Assembly (NCBI GenBank): GCA_035473355.1
Contig: DATIOJ010000126.1
Span: forward strand, 4,823 to 68,822
From: Candidatus Limnocylindrales bacterium
GTDB lineage: Bacteria; Chloroflexota; Dormibacteria; Dormibacterales; Dormibacteraceae
DNA length: 64,000 nucleotides
Direction of reading: 5' to 3'
Each line of letters begins with the position of its first letter. The stretch's first letter is position 1. Below the pieces are notes generated by a model that saw only the letters and a program-made list of their open reading frames with translations, ran no database searches and had not been told where the DNA came from. This document shows, one piece after another, positions 26,228 through 38,047 of the stretch. Both the position numbers and the translations under genes were made by a program.

Positions 26228-26369
26228 GGAGGGGGCGGCGCGACGAGGAGCGCACTCGTGCGTGCGCGACGAGTGAGCGCCGGGCCCCCCGACGCAGGCT
26301 TCAGCGCCGCAGGCGCCCGGCCGCCTAGGACGCGAGGATGCGCGAAACTGTGGGGGCGGGCCACTCCTA

Positions 26370-27050
26370 CTAGCGGTGCGCTTTGGGGCCGCCGCGCGCC
26401 CGTGCCACGAATCGCTCGAAGAGGCTGCGCGCCCAGGTCGAGTCGGTCGTCAGCTCCTCGGGATGGCACTGCACCGCCACGATGAGCCCGTCGTCCGACT
26501 CGACTCCCTCGACGGTCCCATCCTCGCCCTTCGCCGTCTGATGCAGACCCGGCGCGAGACGGTTGATCGCCTGGTGGTGGAGGCTGTTGACGCGGATCTT
26601 GTGCTTGCCCGCGGCCTGGCCCAGCTCCGAGTCGGGATCGACGACGATCGTGTGGGCCAGGTGCTTGCGACCGTAGCTGCGAACGTCGTGATCGTCGAGA
26701 TGCTGGACCAGGGATCCGCCCATCGCGACGTTGATCACCTGCTGGCCGCGGCATATGCCGAGGACCGGGATCTCCTTGTCCCGCGCCTGCTGGAAAAGCT
26801 TTAGCTCGGTCTCGTCCAGGTCGCGGTCGATGGGACCGACCTTCTCGTCCTTGCTCTCGCCGTAGAACGCGGGGTCCACGTCCCACCCGCCGGGGAGCAG
26901 CAGCCCATCCACCTCGGGCAGCGAGCGCGTGCCCGGCGGGAGCTCGACCGGCTCCGCGCCGGCCGCCTCCACCGCCTTCTGATACGGGATGTAATACTCC
27001 GCGCCCCGCTTGGGGCTCGTCGTGATCCCGATCTTCGGTTTTTCAGCCAC
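26370..27050 (-). CDS. Gamma-glutamyl-gamma-aminobutyrate hydrolase family (peptidase C26, class I GATase-like)
   Basis: GICRGQQVINVAMGGSL carries the nucleophile Cys. ...SLHHQAI... and ...VAVQCHPE are also present. Confidence 0.85.
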   Translation of the reverse strand: MAEKPKIGITTSPKRGAEYYIPYQKAVEAAGAEPVELPPGTRSLPEVDGLLLPGGWDVDPAFYGESKDEKVGPIDRDLDETELKLFQQARDKEIPVLGICRGQQVINVAMGGSLVQHLDDHDVRSYGRKHLAHTIVVDPDSELGQAAGKHKIRVNSLHHQAINRLAPGLHQTAKGEDGTVEGVESDDGLIVAVQCHPEELTTDSTWARSLFERFVARARGGPKAHR

Positions 27051-27053
27051 GGG

Positions 27054-28649
27054 TCAGTTGGTCGGCGCGCTGGCGGGCATCGCGCTACCCACCGCCTCCA
27101 GCTCCGCCTCGATCCTCGCAAGCTCGTCGGCGGAGCCCTGGACCTTCGGCCCCTTGAACCAGTTCTTGGCCGAGAGGAACCAGTACCCGCCAGCGAAGAC
27201 CAGCACCACGATGACCGCCACAGGCGCGTAGTTGAAGGTCGCGAGCGTGTTGCCCGGCGAAGCCTGAGGGAGGATGAACAGGATCGAGATGAACCCGATC
27301 CAGATCACGGCCACCCATCCCACGAGCGGGCTCCACCGCCCGAGCTGCCACGGCCCCGGCTGGAACTTGTTGCCCGCGATGCGGCGGAGAAGGATCGGGA
27401 TGCCGTACGCGATGTACAGCCCGATGACGGCGATCGAGGTCACCGCCGCGTAAGCGGTCGGGTTCCACAGATACGGCAGCCCGAGGATGAAGGCCCCGAC
27501 CGCGGCAAACCAGATCGAGTTGGTCGGGGTGCGGGTGCGCGGATTGATCCGGTGCCAGAACTGCGATCCGGGAACGGCGCCGTCGCGCGAGAAGGCGTAG
27601 ATCATGCGCGAGTTGGCCGTGACCGACGACATACCGCAGTAGAACTGGGCTCCGATGACGATGAGCAGCAGAAGCGCGGCTCCGGTCTTTCCGATCGCGT
27701 CCTGGAAGATCACGGCTGGTGCGGCCCCAAGGGCGCCGACGATGTTGGCGTAGTCGGCGTCGTTGATCGCCTGCGTCACGCCGATCAGAAGAATCCAGCC
27801 GGCGATGAGCGAGATGATGATCGACCACACGATGCCGCGCGGGCCTGAGACTGCGGCGTTGCGCGTCTCCTCCGTCATGTGCGCCGACGCGTCATAGCCG
27901 GTGAACGTGTACTGCGCCATCAGAAGTCCGGTGAGGAAGACGAAGACCGATGCGCCGGCAAAGCTGAAGCCCGTCAGGTTGACGAACTTCGTGAACACGT
28001 AAGACGGTGACTGGTGGTACTTCGAGAACAGGAAGAGCACCGCGACGATGACCAACACGCCGGCGATGTGCCACCACACCGAGATGTCGTTGAGCAGGGC
28101 GACGAGGCGGACGCCGAACGTGTTGAGGAGCCCGTGGATGAAAAGCACCACAGCGTAGACGCCGATGATGCTCAGCCTCGGGGCGATGTCGGTGTAGGCG
28201 TTGAGGGGGTTCGGCCATCCGGAGATAAAGAGGCTGAGGAAGTAGTTGGCGAAGAACGCGAGGCCGAAGTCGATGCCCGCCGTGACCGCAACCTGACCGA
28301 GCAGGTTGAACCATCCGGTGATCCAGCTCCACCCCGCGCTGCTCTTGCCGCCCAGCTTGGCGGCCCAGTAGTACAGGCCGCCCGCGGTCGGATAGCTGGA
28401 GCAAACCTCCGCCATCGCCAGGCCGACGAGGATGACCATGACGCCGACGACCGGCCAGCCGATCGTGATGACCACCGGCCCACCGTTGCTCATGCCGAAG
28501 TAGAAGAGCGTCAAGCAGCCGGAGAGGATCGAGATGATCGTGAACGACACCGCGAAGTTGGAAAAGCCGCTCATCCTGCGCAGCAGCTCCTGCGCGTACC
28601 CCATCCTGTGCAGCTGCTCGACGTCGGAACTGTGAGCCTGAACGCTCAT
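27054..28649 (-). CDS. APC superfamily amino acid/polyamine permease
   Basis: 531 aa with about 12 TM helices and an N-terminal ...MGYAQELLRRMSGFSNFAVSFTIISILSG. It ends 3 nt before the hydrolase start. Confidence 0.85.
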   Translation of the reverse strand: MSVQAHSSDVEQLHRMGYAQELLRRMSGFSNFAVSFTIISILSGCLTLFYFGMSNGGPVVITIGWPVVGVMVILVGLAMAEVCSSYPTAGGLYYWAAKLGGKSSAGWSWITGWFNLLGQVAVTAGIDFGLAFFANYFLSLFISGWPNPLNAYTDIAPRLSIIGVYAVVLFIHGLLNTFGVRLVALLNDISVWWHIAGVLVIVAVLFLFSKYHQSPSYVFTKFVNLTGFSFAGASVFVFLTGLLMAQYTFTGYDASAHMTEETRNAAVSGPRGIVWSIIISLIAGWILLIGVTQAINDADYANIVGALGAAPAVIFQDAIGKTGAALLLLIVIGAQFYCGMSSVTANSRMIYAFSRDGAVPGSQFWHRINPRTRTPTNSIWFAAVGAFILGLPYLWNPTAYAAVTSIAVIGLYIAYGIPILLRRIAGNKFQPGPWQLGRWSPLVGWVAVIWIGFISILFILPQASPGNTLATFNYAPVAVIVVLVFAGGYWFLSAKNWFKGPKVQGSADELARIEAELEAVGSAMPASAPTN

Positions 28650-28799
28650 AAAGTGCCCCTCCCTAGTAGCCTTCCGTGTCGGAAATCCCCACGAATTCGG
28701 AGGCTTCGCCGAGAATTCGTTGGGGGCCTTTGGTAAAGCTTTGCCGCGAAGCTAACAGCACCCCTCTCAGTTGTCAAGAAACGTCCCAGGAGCTAGCGA

Positions 28800-29687
28800 T
28801 TGAACCAGGATGTAACAAACATCACGGGACGCGACTCTCGTGTCGGCGAGGTCGTGCGCCAGCGCCTGGATTCCCTGAGCCCAGCCGAGCGCCGGCTGGC
28901 CCGGGTCTTGCTCGCGTCCTACCCCATCGCCGGCCTCGAGAGCGTCGCGCGGTTCGCCGAGCGGGCCGGCGTGAGCCCGCCCACGGTCACCCGCTTCATC
29001 ACCAAGCTGGGCTTTCGCGGCTACCCGGAGTTCCAGGAAAACCTCCGCCACGAGGTCCAGGCCCGGCTCAGCTCGCCCCTCGCCCGCTACCGGGACGAAC
29101 CCAAGCGCGACTCGGCGGTGAATGACTCGCTCGAAGTTTCCTCACACAACCTGAAGGCGACTCTGGAGCTGCTCTCCGACCGCGACGTGAAGGAGGCGGT
29201 CGGGCTGCTCGCGGACGTCAGGCGTCGCGTGATGATCCTCGGCGGCCGCGTCAGCGCCACGCTGGCTCGGTACCTCGCCGGCCAGCTCCACCTCCTCCGC
29301 CCGGGGATCGGTCTGGTCGATGCCGAGCGAACCGCCCCCGCGCAGCAGCTGATCGACATGCGCAAGACCGACGTGCTCGTCGTGTTCGACTACAGGCGCT
29401 ACCAGCCCGACACGATCGAGAGCGCCCGCGTCGCCGCGGGCCGCGGCTGCGACGTGATCCTGTTCACCGACCCGTGGCTGTCCCCCGCATCTGCGTTCGC
29501 CCGCCAGGTCCTGGTGACCAGCGTGGACACGGTCGGACCCTTCGACTCCCTGGTCGGCGCGATGGCTGTCGTCGAGGCCCTCATCGCGGCGGTGCTCAGG
29601 GAGCTGGGTCCGCGGGCCGAGGCCCGCATGCAGAACCTCGAGCGCCTGCGCGCAGGCGACGTGCTAGGCGGGAACGACTCCGGCTGA
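28800..29687 (+). CDS. MurR/RpiR family transcriptional regulator (HTH_6 + SIS)
   Basis: LSPAERRLARVLL...ESVARFAERAGVSPPTVTRFITKLGFRGYPEF, followed by a SIS domain. The start is uncertain (TTG 28800 or GTG 28854). Confidence 0.85.
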   Translation: MNQDVTNITGRDSRVGEVVRQRLDSLSPAERRLARVLLASYPIAGLESVARFAERAGVSPPTVTRFITKLGFRGYPEFQENLRHEVQARLSSPLARYRDEPKRDSAVNDSLEVSSHNLKATLELLSDRDVKEAVGLLADVRRRVMILGGRVSATLARYLAGQLHLLRPGIGLVDAERTAPAQQLIDMRKTDVLVVFDYRRYQPDTIESARVAAGRGCDVILFTDPWLSPASAFARQVLVTSVDTVGPFDSLVGAMAVVEALIAAVLRELGPRAEARMQNLERLRAGDVLGGNDSG

Positions 29688-30569
29688 GTAACGGTCGGGG
29701 TTCCGCTCGAACTCCGCCTGACAGCCGTCGGAGCAGAACCAGTACGACACCTCGCCGCGCACGACTTTGCGGTCGCTGGTCAACGGATCGACGGTCATCC
29801 CGCAGACAGGGTCGGTGACGAACATCACGGGCGACGGGTCGGGGGCCACGTGCTTGGCGGACCGCGTCCGGCGCATCGCCACGACCTCCGCCAGCGCGAG
29901 AAGCGCGATCTCCTCCTGCGTGCCGCCGCGCACCTTGCCGGCGGGCGCGTGGATCCGGGCCAGCGTCTGCTCGTCCAGGCCCCGACCCAAAAGCGCGGCG
30001 CGTACCGCGGCGGTGCGCCGCGCGCTCGCGATGAGGCCGACCTCCAGGGCGGGATGGCTGAGCGCCGCCTCCAGCGCGTCTTCGTCGAAATGGCCCATGG
30101 TGGCGACGACCGCGTAGGCCTCACCCCGCGGAACCTCGAGCGCGCTCAGCTCCGCTTGCGTCACGGCTCGCGCCCGAAAGCCGGTGAGCTCGGCCAGCCG
30201 CACGAGGGTCGTCGCCGCGGGGCCGTCTCCGAAAACGAGGAGCAGCGGCCTGGGCAGCCGCGGCTCGATGAAGATGTCAAGCGACCCGCCACTTGGACAC
30301 GTGGTGGCGATCATCAGCTCGCCGCGCTTCCGCGTCTGCTTCACCTCGTCGCCTCCGACGATGTGGATGAGCTGCGGGGCACCGTCGGCCAGGGCGCGCA
30401 GGGCTTCGCGGCGGACCACCGGCTCCGAGCAGCTGCCGCCGATCCATCCGCGCAGGCGGCCGTCGGCGGTGATGACCGCCTTGTCGCCAGGCTTGGCCGA
30501 CGTCGGCGCCTCCGTGCGCACGACAGTGGCGAGCGCGCAGGGCGTGCCCGCCGCCTCGTACTCACGCAA
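29664..30569 (-). CDS. XdhC/CoxF/CoxI family maturation protein fused to C-terminal YHS (TRASH-like) metal-binding domain
   Basis: XdhC_CoxI N-domain (ALATVVRTEAPTSAKPGDKAVITADGRLRGWIGGSCSEP) and a Rossmann-like XdhC_C domain. The last ~45 aa, DPVCGMTVDP...YWFCSDGCQAEFERNPDRY, is the YHS motif (about 29679-29813). Confidence 0.8.
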   Translation of the reverse strand: MREYEAAGTPCALATVVRTEAPTSAKPGDKAVITADGRLRGWIGGSCSEPVVRREALRALADGAPQLIHIVGGDEVKQTRKRGELMIATTCPSGGSLDIFIEPRLPRPLLLVFGDGPAATTLVRLAELTGFRARAVTQAELSALEVPRGEAYAVVATMGHFDEDALEAALSHPALEVGLIASARRTAAVRAALLGRGLDEQTLARIHAPAGKVRGGTQEEIALLALAEVVAMRRTRSAKHVAPDPSPVMFVTDPVCGMTVDPLTSDRKVVRGEVSYWFCSDGCQAEFERNPDRYSAGVVPA

Positions 30570-30589
30570 CAGATCGAAAACTTCGTCGC

Positions 30590-32947
<2,358 letters not shown>

Positions 32948-33463
32948 CTATTCGCCTCCCGCAGCCGCGCCGGCGTGCTGTTCGCGAGCCACGACCTCCG
33001 AGGCTTCGCGAAGCTTCGCGGCGTGCTGGATCGCCTTGACGATGTTCATGTACCCGGTGCAGCGGCAGAGGTTGCCGCTGATCGCCCACCGGATCTCATC
33101 CTCGGTTGGATTCGGGTTGCGCTCCAGCAGCGACGCGCCGACCAGCATCATGCCCGGCGTGCAGAAACCGCACTGCAGGCCGTGCTCCTCGTGGAACCCG
33201 ACCTGGATCGGTGCGAGGTTGGCGCCCTGCGCCAGGCCCTCGACCGTGGTGACGCTTCTTCCGTTCGCCTGGACCGCGAGCACCGTGCAGGACTTGACCG
33301 GTTCGCCCTCGATCAGCACGGTGCACGCACCGCAGCTCGACGTGTCGCACCCGATGTGAGTCCCGGTGAGGCGAAGGTTGCTGCGCAGAAAGTCGACCAG
33401 CAGAACGCGTGGCTCGACGTCGCCGGTGCGCTCTGCCCCATTGACCTTCATCGACACTCTCAT
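32948..33463 (-). CDS. coxS: CO dehydrogenase small subunit, [2Fe-2S]-binding
   Basis: C..SCGACTV and CGFCTPG...C.C cysteine clusters. It abuts the coxL start and overlaps coxM by 4 nt. Confidence 0.9.
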   Translation of the reverse strand: MRVSMKVNGAERTGDVEPRVLLVDFLRSNLRLTGTHIGCDTSSCGACTVLIEGEPVKSCTVLAVQANGRSVTTVEGLAQGANLAPIQVGFHEEHGLQCGFCTPGMMLVGASLLERNPNPTEDEIRWAISGNLCRCTGYMNIVKAIQHAAKLREASEVVAREQHAGAAAGGE

Positions 33464-34335
33464 GACCTGGCCTCCTTCGCCCGCTGCACCGCCGTCTTCA
33501 GACCGCGCTGCACGAAGACGCGGACCACGTCCTTCTTGTAAGCGGCGCTGCCCCTGATGTCGTCATTCGGCTCAGTGGCTGCCGCAGCCAGCCGCGCCGC
33601 CTCCGCGATGACGTCGTCTGTGGGCTGCTTGCCCTGCAGGAAGCGCTCCGCCTCTGCCGCCTTGATGTTGGTTGGGCCGACCGCGGTCAGCCCGATGCCG
33701 GAGCTCGCAATCCTGTCCCCATCCAGCTCGACCTGCACCGCGACGGCGACAGTGGCGAAGTCTCCGACCTTTCGCTCGAGCTTCATGTATGCGCCGCCCG
33801 AGCGCCCCTTGCGCACCGGGATGCGGACCTCGGTGACGATCTCTTGAGGTTTGAGCAGGGTCTCGAACGGGCCTTTGAAGAAACCGTCGGCGTGAAGGAC
33901 TCTCTCCCCGCCGTGCGACCTGGCGACCACATCGGCCCCGAACGCCAGCATCACCGAACCCCAGTCGCCCGACGGGTCGGCGTGGCAGAGGGAGCCGACG
34001 AGCGTGCCCCGGTTGCGAACCAGCGGGTCGGCGATCCAGTGCGCCGCCTCGCCCAGCATCGGGGCGGAAGCGGCGAGGTCCTTGCTCCGCTCGACGTCGA
34101 CGTGGCGGACCAGGGCCCCGATCGCCAGGTGGCCGTCCTGTCGTTTCACGGTGTTGAGTGCCGGCAGGCGGCCGATGTCGACCACCACCTCCGGACGGGA
34201 GAAGCGCAGCTTGAGGAGCGGGATCAGGCTCTGTCCACCCGCCATGACCTTGGCCTCGTCGCCGTGCTGCTGGAGAAGTGAGAGCGCCTCGTCGAGACTC
34301 GCGGGGGCGCGATAGTCAAAGGCGGCAGGGAACAT
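33460..34335 (-). CDS. coxM: CO dehydrogenase medium subunit, FAD-binding
   Basis: F.Y..P.SL.EAL.LL......[12 protein letters not shown] is present. AGGAGGA lies 5 nt upstream of the ATG. Confidence 0.9.
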   Translation of the reverse strand: MFPAAFDYRAPASLDEALSLLQQHGDEAKVMAGGQSLIPLLKLRFSRPEVVVDIGRLPALNTVKRQDGHLAIGALVRHVDVERSKDLAASAPMLGEAAHWIADPLVRNRGTLVGSLCHADPSGDWGSVMLAFGADVVARSHGGERVLHADGFFKGPFETLLKPQEIVTEVRIPVRKGRSGGAYMKLERKVGDFATVAVAVQVELDGDRIASSGIGLTAVGPTNIKAAEAERFLQGKQPTDDVIAEAARLAAAATEPNDDIRGSAAYKKDVVRVFVQRGLKTAVQRAKEARS

Positions 34336-34452
34336 CGAGGTCCTCCTGTGAACCGCGGCGGGCTGAGGCCCCGTCGACCGATCCTGTATGTAGCACCGGC
34401 CGAGGGCCTTGTCAAAGATCTACGTCACGACCGGCGAGTAGGATTCGAGGCG

Positions 34453-35784
34453 ATGGTGATGGAGGCCGTCAAGGCCCTCAGCGCGAACGAGATCACCGAG
34501 CTCTGCGCGCGTCACACCCTGTATGACTGGTCGGCGCAGTCGACGCTCAAACCCCTGCCGGTGGCCAGTGCCAAGGGGGTCCATTTCCACACCACGGACG
34601 GACGCCGGTTCCTCGACTTCAACAGCCAGCTCATGTGCGTGAACGCCGGCCATGGCGACCGCCGGATCATCGAGGCGATCCAGCGGCAGGCAGAGCAGCT
34701 CGCCTACATCAGCCCGTTCATGGCGACCGAGGCTCGGGCGCGGCTGGGCGCCAAGCTCGCCGAGCTGCTGCCGGGCGACATGGACAAGGTCTTCTTCACG
34801 CTGGCGGGGGCCGACGCCAACGAGAACGCGATCAAGATCGCCCGCGCGGTGACGGGCCGCCCCAAGATCCTGGCGCGGTACCGCTCCTACCACGGGTCGA
34901 CCGGCACTGCCGTGCAGGCGACGGGCGACCCGCGCCGCTGGCCGAACGAGCATGCCGCTGGGGTCGTCCACGTCCTCGATCCGTACCACGGCATCCAGCG
35001 CGGCTGGGACACGGTCGAGGAATCGCTGGCCAATCTAGAGGAGACGATCCAGCTCGAGGGACCCTCGACCATCGCCGCCTTCATCCTCGAGCCGATCACC
35101 GGCACCAACGGCATCCTCATCCCGCCCGACGGATACCTGCAGGGCGTGCGTGGGATCCTCGACCGCCACGGCATCCTGATGATCTGCGACGAGGTCATGA
35201 CCGGCTTCGGCCGCACCGGTCAGTGGTTCGCCGTGAATCACTGGGGCGTCGTACCCGACCTGATCACACTCGCGAAGGGACTCACCTCGAGCTACGTCCC
35301 GCTCGGCGCGGTCGGCATGATCCCGAAGGTCGCGGCTTATTTCGACGATCACGTCTTCTACGGCGGACTGACGTACAACAGCCACCCCCTGGGGTGCGCG
35401 GCGGCGCTCGGCGCCATCCAGGCTTACGAGGAAGACGACATGGTCGGTAACGCGCGCCGCATGGGCGAGATCCTAGCGCGTCACCACCGGCAGCTCCGCG
35501 ATCGCCACCCCTGCGTGGGGGCTGCGCGGTCGATCGGTCTTTTCGGCTGCCTCGAGCTCGTCCGCGACCGGCAGACGCTAGAACCTCTCGCACCGTTCAA
35601 CGGCGCGTCGCCCGAGATGAAGGCGATAGCCCAGGGCCTGCTGGATGCCGGCATGCACACGTTTGTGCGCTGGAACACGATCATGACCAACCCACCGCTG
35701 TGCATCAAAGAAGACGAGCTGGACGAAGGCTTCGAGATTCTCGACTCCGTCCTTGAGATCGGCGACCGCGCGGTCCGCGACTAG
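34453..35784 (+). CDS. Class III (omega) aminotransferase
   Basis: PLP fold with ...ICDEVMTGFGRTGQWFAVNHWGVVPDLITLAKGLTS... (Schiff-base Lys in LAKG). The start is set at ATG 34453 (GAGG upstream). The ORF-table GTG 34348 would overlap the coxM SD. Confidence 0.85.
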   Translation: MVMEAVKALSANEITELCARHTLYDWSAQSTLKPLPVASAKGVHFHTTDGRRFLDFNSQLMCVNAGHGDRRIIEAIQRQAEQLAYISPFMATEARARLGAKLAELLPGDMDKVFFTLAGADANENAIKIARAVTGRPKILARYRSYHGSTGTAVQATGDPRRWPNEHAAGVVHVLDPYHGIQRGWDTVEESLANLEETIQLEGPSTIAAFILEPITGTNGILIPPDGYLQGVRGILDRHGILMICDEVMTGFGRTGQWFAVNHWGVVPDLITLAKGLTSSYVPLGAVGMIPKVAAYFDDHVFYGGLTYNSHPLGCAAALGAIQAYEEDDMVGNARRMGEILARHHRQLRDRHPCVGAARSIGLFGCLELVRDRQTLEPLAPFNGASPEMKAIAQGLLDAGMHTFVRWNTIMTNPPLCIKEDELDEGFEILDSVLEIGDRAVRD

Positions 35785-36988
35785 TTTCGACGAGGTCCGG
35801 TCGCTGCAGCTCGAGAAGCTGCGCGCGGGGCTGGGTGAAGTCCTGGCGGCGAACCCTTTCTGGCGCGCAAGGCTGCACGACGTTCGCGGGTGGGACGACT
35901 TCGAGCGACTGCCGCTGACCACCAAGACCGAGCTCACCGCGGATCAGGCCGCGCACCCACCGTTCGGTTCCAACCTCACGTACCCGCTCGAGCGCTACGT
36001 GCGATTGCACCAAACGTCCGGCTCCAGCGGCGACCGTCCACTGCGATGGCTGGACACCGCGGAGTCTTGGGAGTGGTGGCTCAGCATCTGGTCCGACCAC
36101 GTGTATCCGGCCGCCGGCGTGACCGCGGCCGACCGCCTTTTCTTCGCCTTCTCGTTCGGTCCGTTCATCGGGTTCTGGTCGGCCTTCGGCGGAGCGCAGC
36201 GAATCGGCGCGCTGTGCCTGTCGGGGGGTGCGATGACGAGCGAGCAGCGGATCGGGAGCATGGTCGACCTGGGCGCGACAGTACTTCTGTCGACACCGAC
36301 GTATGCGCTCCGTCTCGCCGATGTTGCCGACCAGATCGGCGTCAGCCTCTCGGCCGCGAGAATCCGCACCACGATCCACGCCGGAGAGCCGGGCGCGAGC
36401 ATCCCGGCGACGCGCGCCACGATCGAAGCCGCCTATTCGGCGACAGCGTTCGACCACACGGGCATGACCGAGCTGGGGCCGACCGGCTTCAGCTGCTCGG
36501 CGCGCGACGGCGTTCACCTGGTCGAGTCCGAGTTCATCTTCGAGGTCGCGGCCGACGGAGAGCTCGTGGCGACGAATCTCGGCCGTTGGGGCACACCTCT
36601 GATCCGCTATCGGACGGGCGATCGGGTCGAGGTCTCCCGTGAACCATGCTCGTGCGGAAGCCCATTTCTGAAGATCGTGGGCGGAATCCGGGGACGCGTC
36701 GACGACATGTTCACCGTGCGAGGCGTGAACCTCTTTCCCTCACAGGTGGAGGACATCGTCCGCCGCCATCCTGAGATCTCGGAGTTTGCGATCGAGCGCC
36801 GGTCTGAGCGGCAGATGGATGAGGTGGCGCTCCTGGTCGAGACCTCCGTCGACTCGTTTTCGAGCGAGCGCCTGGAGGCCGACCTGCGACAGGCGCTGGG
36901 TGTTCGCCTGGGTTGCCGCGTGGTCCCGGCCGGCACCCTGCCGCGCTCGGAGCTGAAGTCGCGACGGGTCCTGCGCGCCCCAGACTGA
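35753..36988 (+). CDS. Phenylacetate-CoA ligase (PaaK)/coenzyme F390 synthetase-like adenylate-forming enzyme
   Basis: ...LPLTTKTEL...HQTSGSSGDRPLRW... has a PaaK-like P-loop. 411 aa. Only a TTG start is available, overlapping the transaminase by 32 nt, so the start confidence is low. Confidence 0.72.
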   Translation: MRSATARSATSFDEVRSLQLEKLRAGLGEVLAANPFWRARLHDVRGWDDFERLPLTTKTELTADQAAHPPFGSNLTYPLERYVRLHQTSGSSGDRPLRWLDTAESWEWWLSIWSDHVYPAAGVTAADRLFFAFSFGPFIGFWSAFGGAQRIGALCLSGGAMTSEQRIGSMVDLGATVLLSTPTYALRLADVADQIGVSLSAARIRTTIHAGEPGASIPATRATIEAAYSATAFDHTGMTELGPTGFSCSARDGVHLVESEFIFEVAADGELVATNLGRWGTPLIRYRTGDRVEVSREPCSCGSPFLKIVGGIRGRVDDMFTVRGVNLFPSQVEDIVRRHPEISEFAIERRSERQMDEVALLVETSVDSFSSERLEADLRQALGVRLGCRVVPAGTLPRSELKSRRVLRAPD

Positions 36989-37036
36989 CGCGACACCGCT
37001 CGTTTTCGAGCACCTCCTAAACTGAGCGCGTAGCCA

Positions 37037-38047
37037 TTGAGCTCTTCCCTGAACGTGATGCTTCCGCTCGCGTCGTCGGTGCTGAGCTTCGTGTTCGCCG
37101 CCATGGTCCTGGACCAGTGGTGGCAGCGCCGCCACAGCTTCCAGCTCGTGTGGGCGATCGGGCTCGCGTGGTACGGGATCAGCAGCGGCAGCGAGTTCCT
37201 CGGTGCGGCGTTCGGCTGGAGCGCGCCGCTCTACCGCACCTGGTACCTCATCGGTGCGTTCCTGGTGCCGGCCTACCTCGGCGCGGGCACCCTCTACCTC
37301 TTGAACAAGACTCGATTCGGCTACTTCGTCGCGGCCTCGGTGGCCCTGGGTGGACTCTTCTCGCTGCTCGCGACATCTAAATATCCCGGCTCGACGACCG
37401 GCGGCTATATCGCGTTCGCCTTTGCGCTCGCGGCGGTCGTCTCGATCGCCGCCACGACCGCGCTGCGCCGCGAGATGCAGGGCCACGTCGCCATGGGATT
37501 TCTGGTCGCAGGCACGCTTGTCGTCGCCGCGCTGGTGATGACGGCCACGCTCTCAGGAACTTACGTCGACCCTGCGACGCACGTGCCCGTCGCCGCCGGC
37601 TTCCCCGGCTACCTCAGGGTGAGCAGCGTGCCCTTCAACGCCGGAGGCGGCCTGGCGCTCGTGTTCGGCGCCCTCTACTCCGCGTACATCTACATGCCGA
37701 AAAAGCGCGCCCTCGGCGCGAGGTTCGGCGTGGCGGCGATCGTGGTCAACTTCATCGTCTCGCTGCCGGGAGCGGTCAACGCGCTGGTCCGCGGCAAGCT
37801 CAACACGCGCGTGCCCGCCACGATCCTGATCGCCGTCGGCGCGTTGATCCCGGGCGTCACCAGCAGCCTCAACCGCTTCGGGGTCACCTGGTCGTTCTTC
37901 CTTGGCGAATTCTTCGGGCTGCTGCTGATCTTCGTCGGCTTCCTCGTCAGCGAAGAGGTTTTTCGCAACATCCGCCTGGGCGTGACGCTGTGGACGCGAT
38001 CCCCTGAGCCGTCACTCGAACGCGAGGTCGTCGAGAGCTACAGGTAG
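37037..38047 (+). CDS. Hypothetical polytopic membrane protein (about 9-10 TM helices)
   Basis: 336 aa with strong hydrophobic periodicity and coding-type codon bias. I do not recognise a family. Confidence 0.6.
   Translation: MSSSLNVMLPLASSVLSFVFAAMVLDQWWQRRHSFQLVWAIGLAWYGISSGSEFLGAAFGWSAPLYRTWYLIGAFLVPAYLGAGTLYLLNKTRFGYFVAASVALGGLFSLLATSKYPGSTTGGYIAFAFALAAVVSIAATTALRREMQGHVAMGFLVAGTLVVAALVMTATLSGTYVDPATHVPVAAGFPGYLRVSSVPFNAGGGLALVFGALYSAYIYMPKKRALGARFGVAAIVVNFIVSLPGAVNALVRGKLNTRVPATILIAVGALIPGVTSSLNRFGVTWSFFLGEFFGLLLIFVGFLVSEEVFRNIRLGVTLWTRSPEPSLEREVVESYR

Noticed and set aside
34348-34452. ORF-table GTG 34348 start for the transaminase
   Set aside because: It would place the start 12 nt from the coxM ATG and on top of the coxM SD (34341-34347). 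The conserved transaminase sequence begins after ATG 34453, which has a GAGG upstream.
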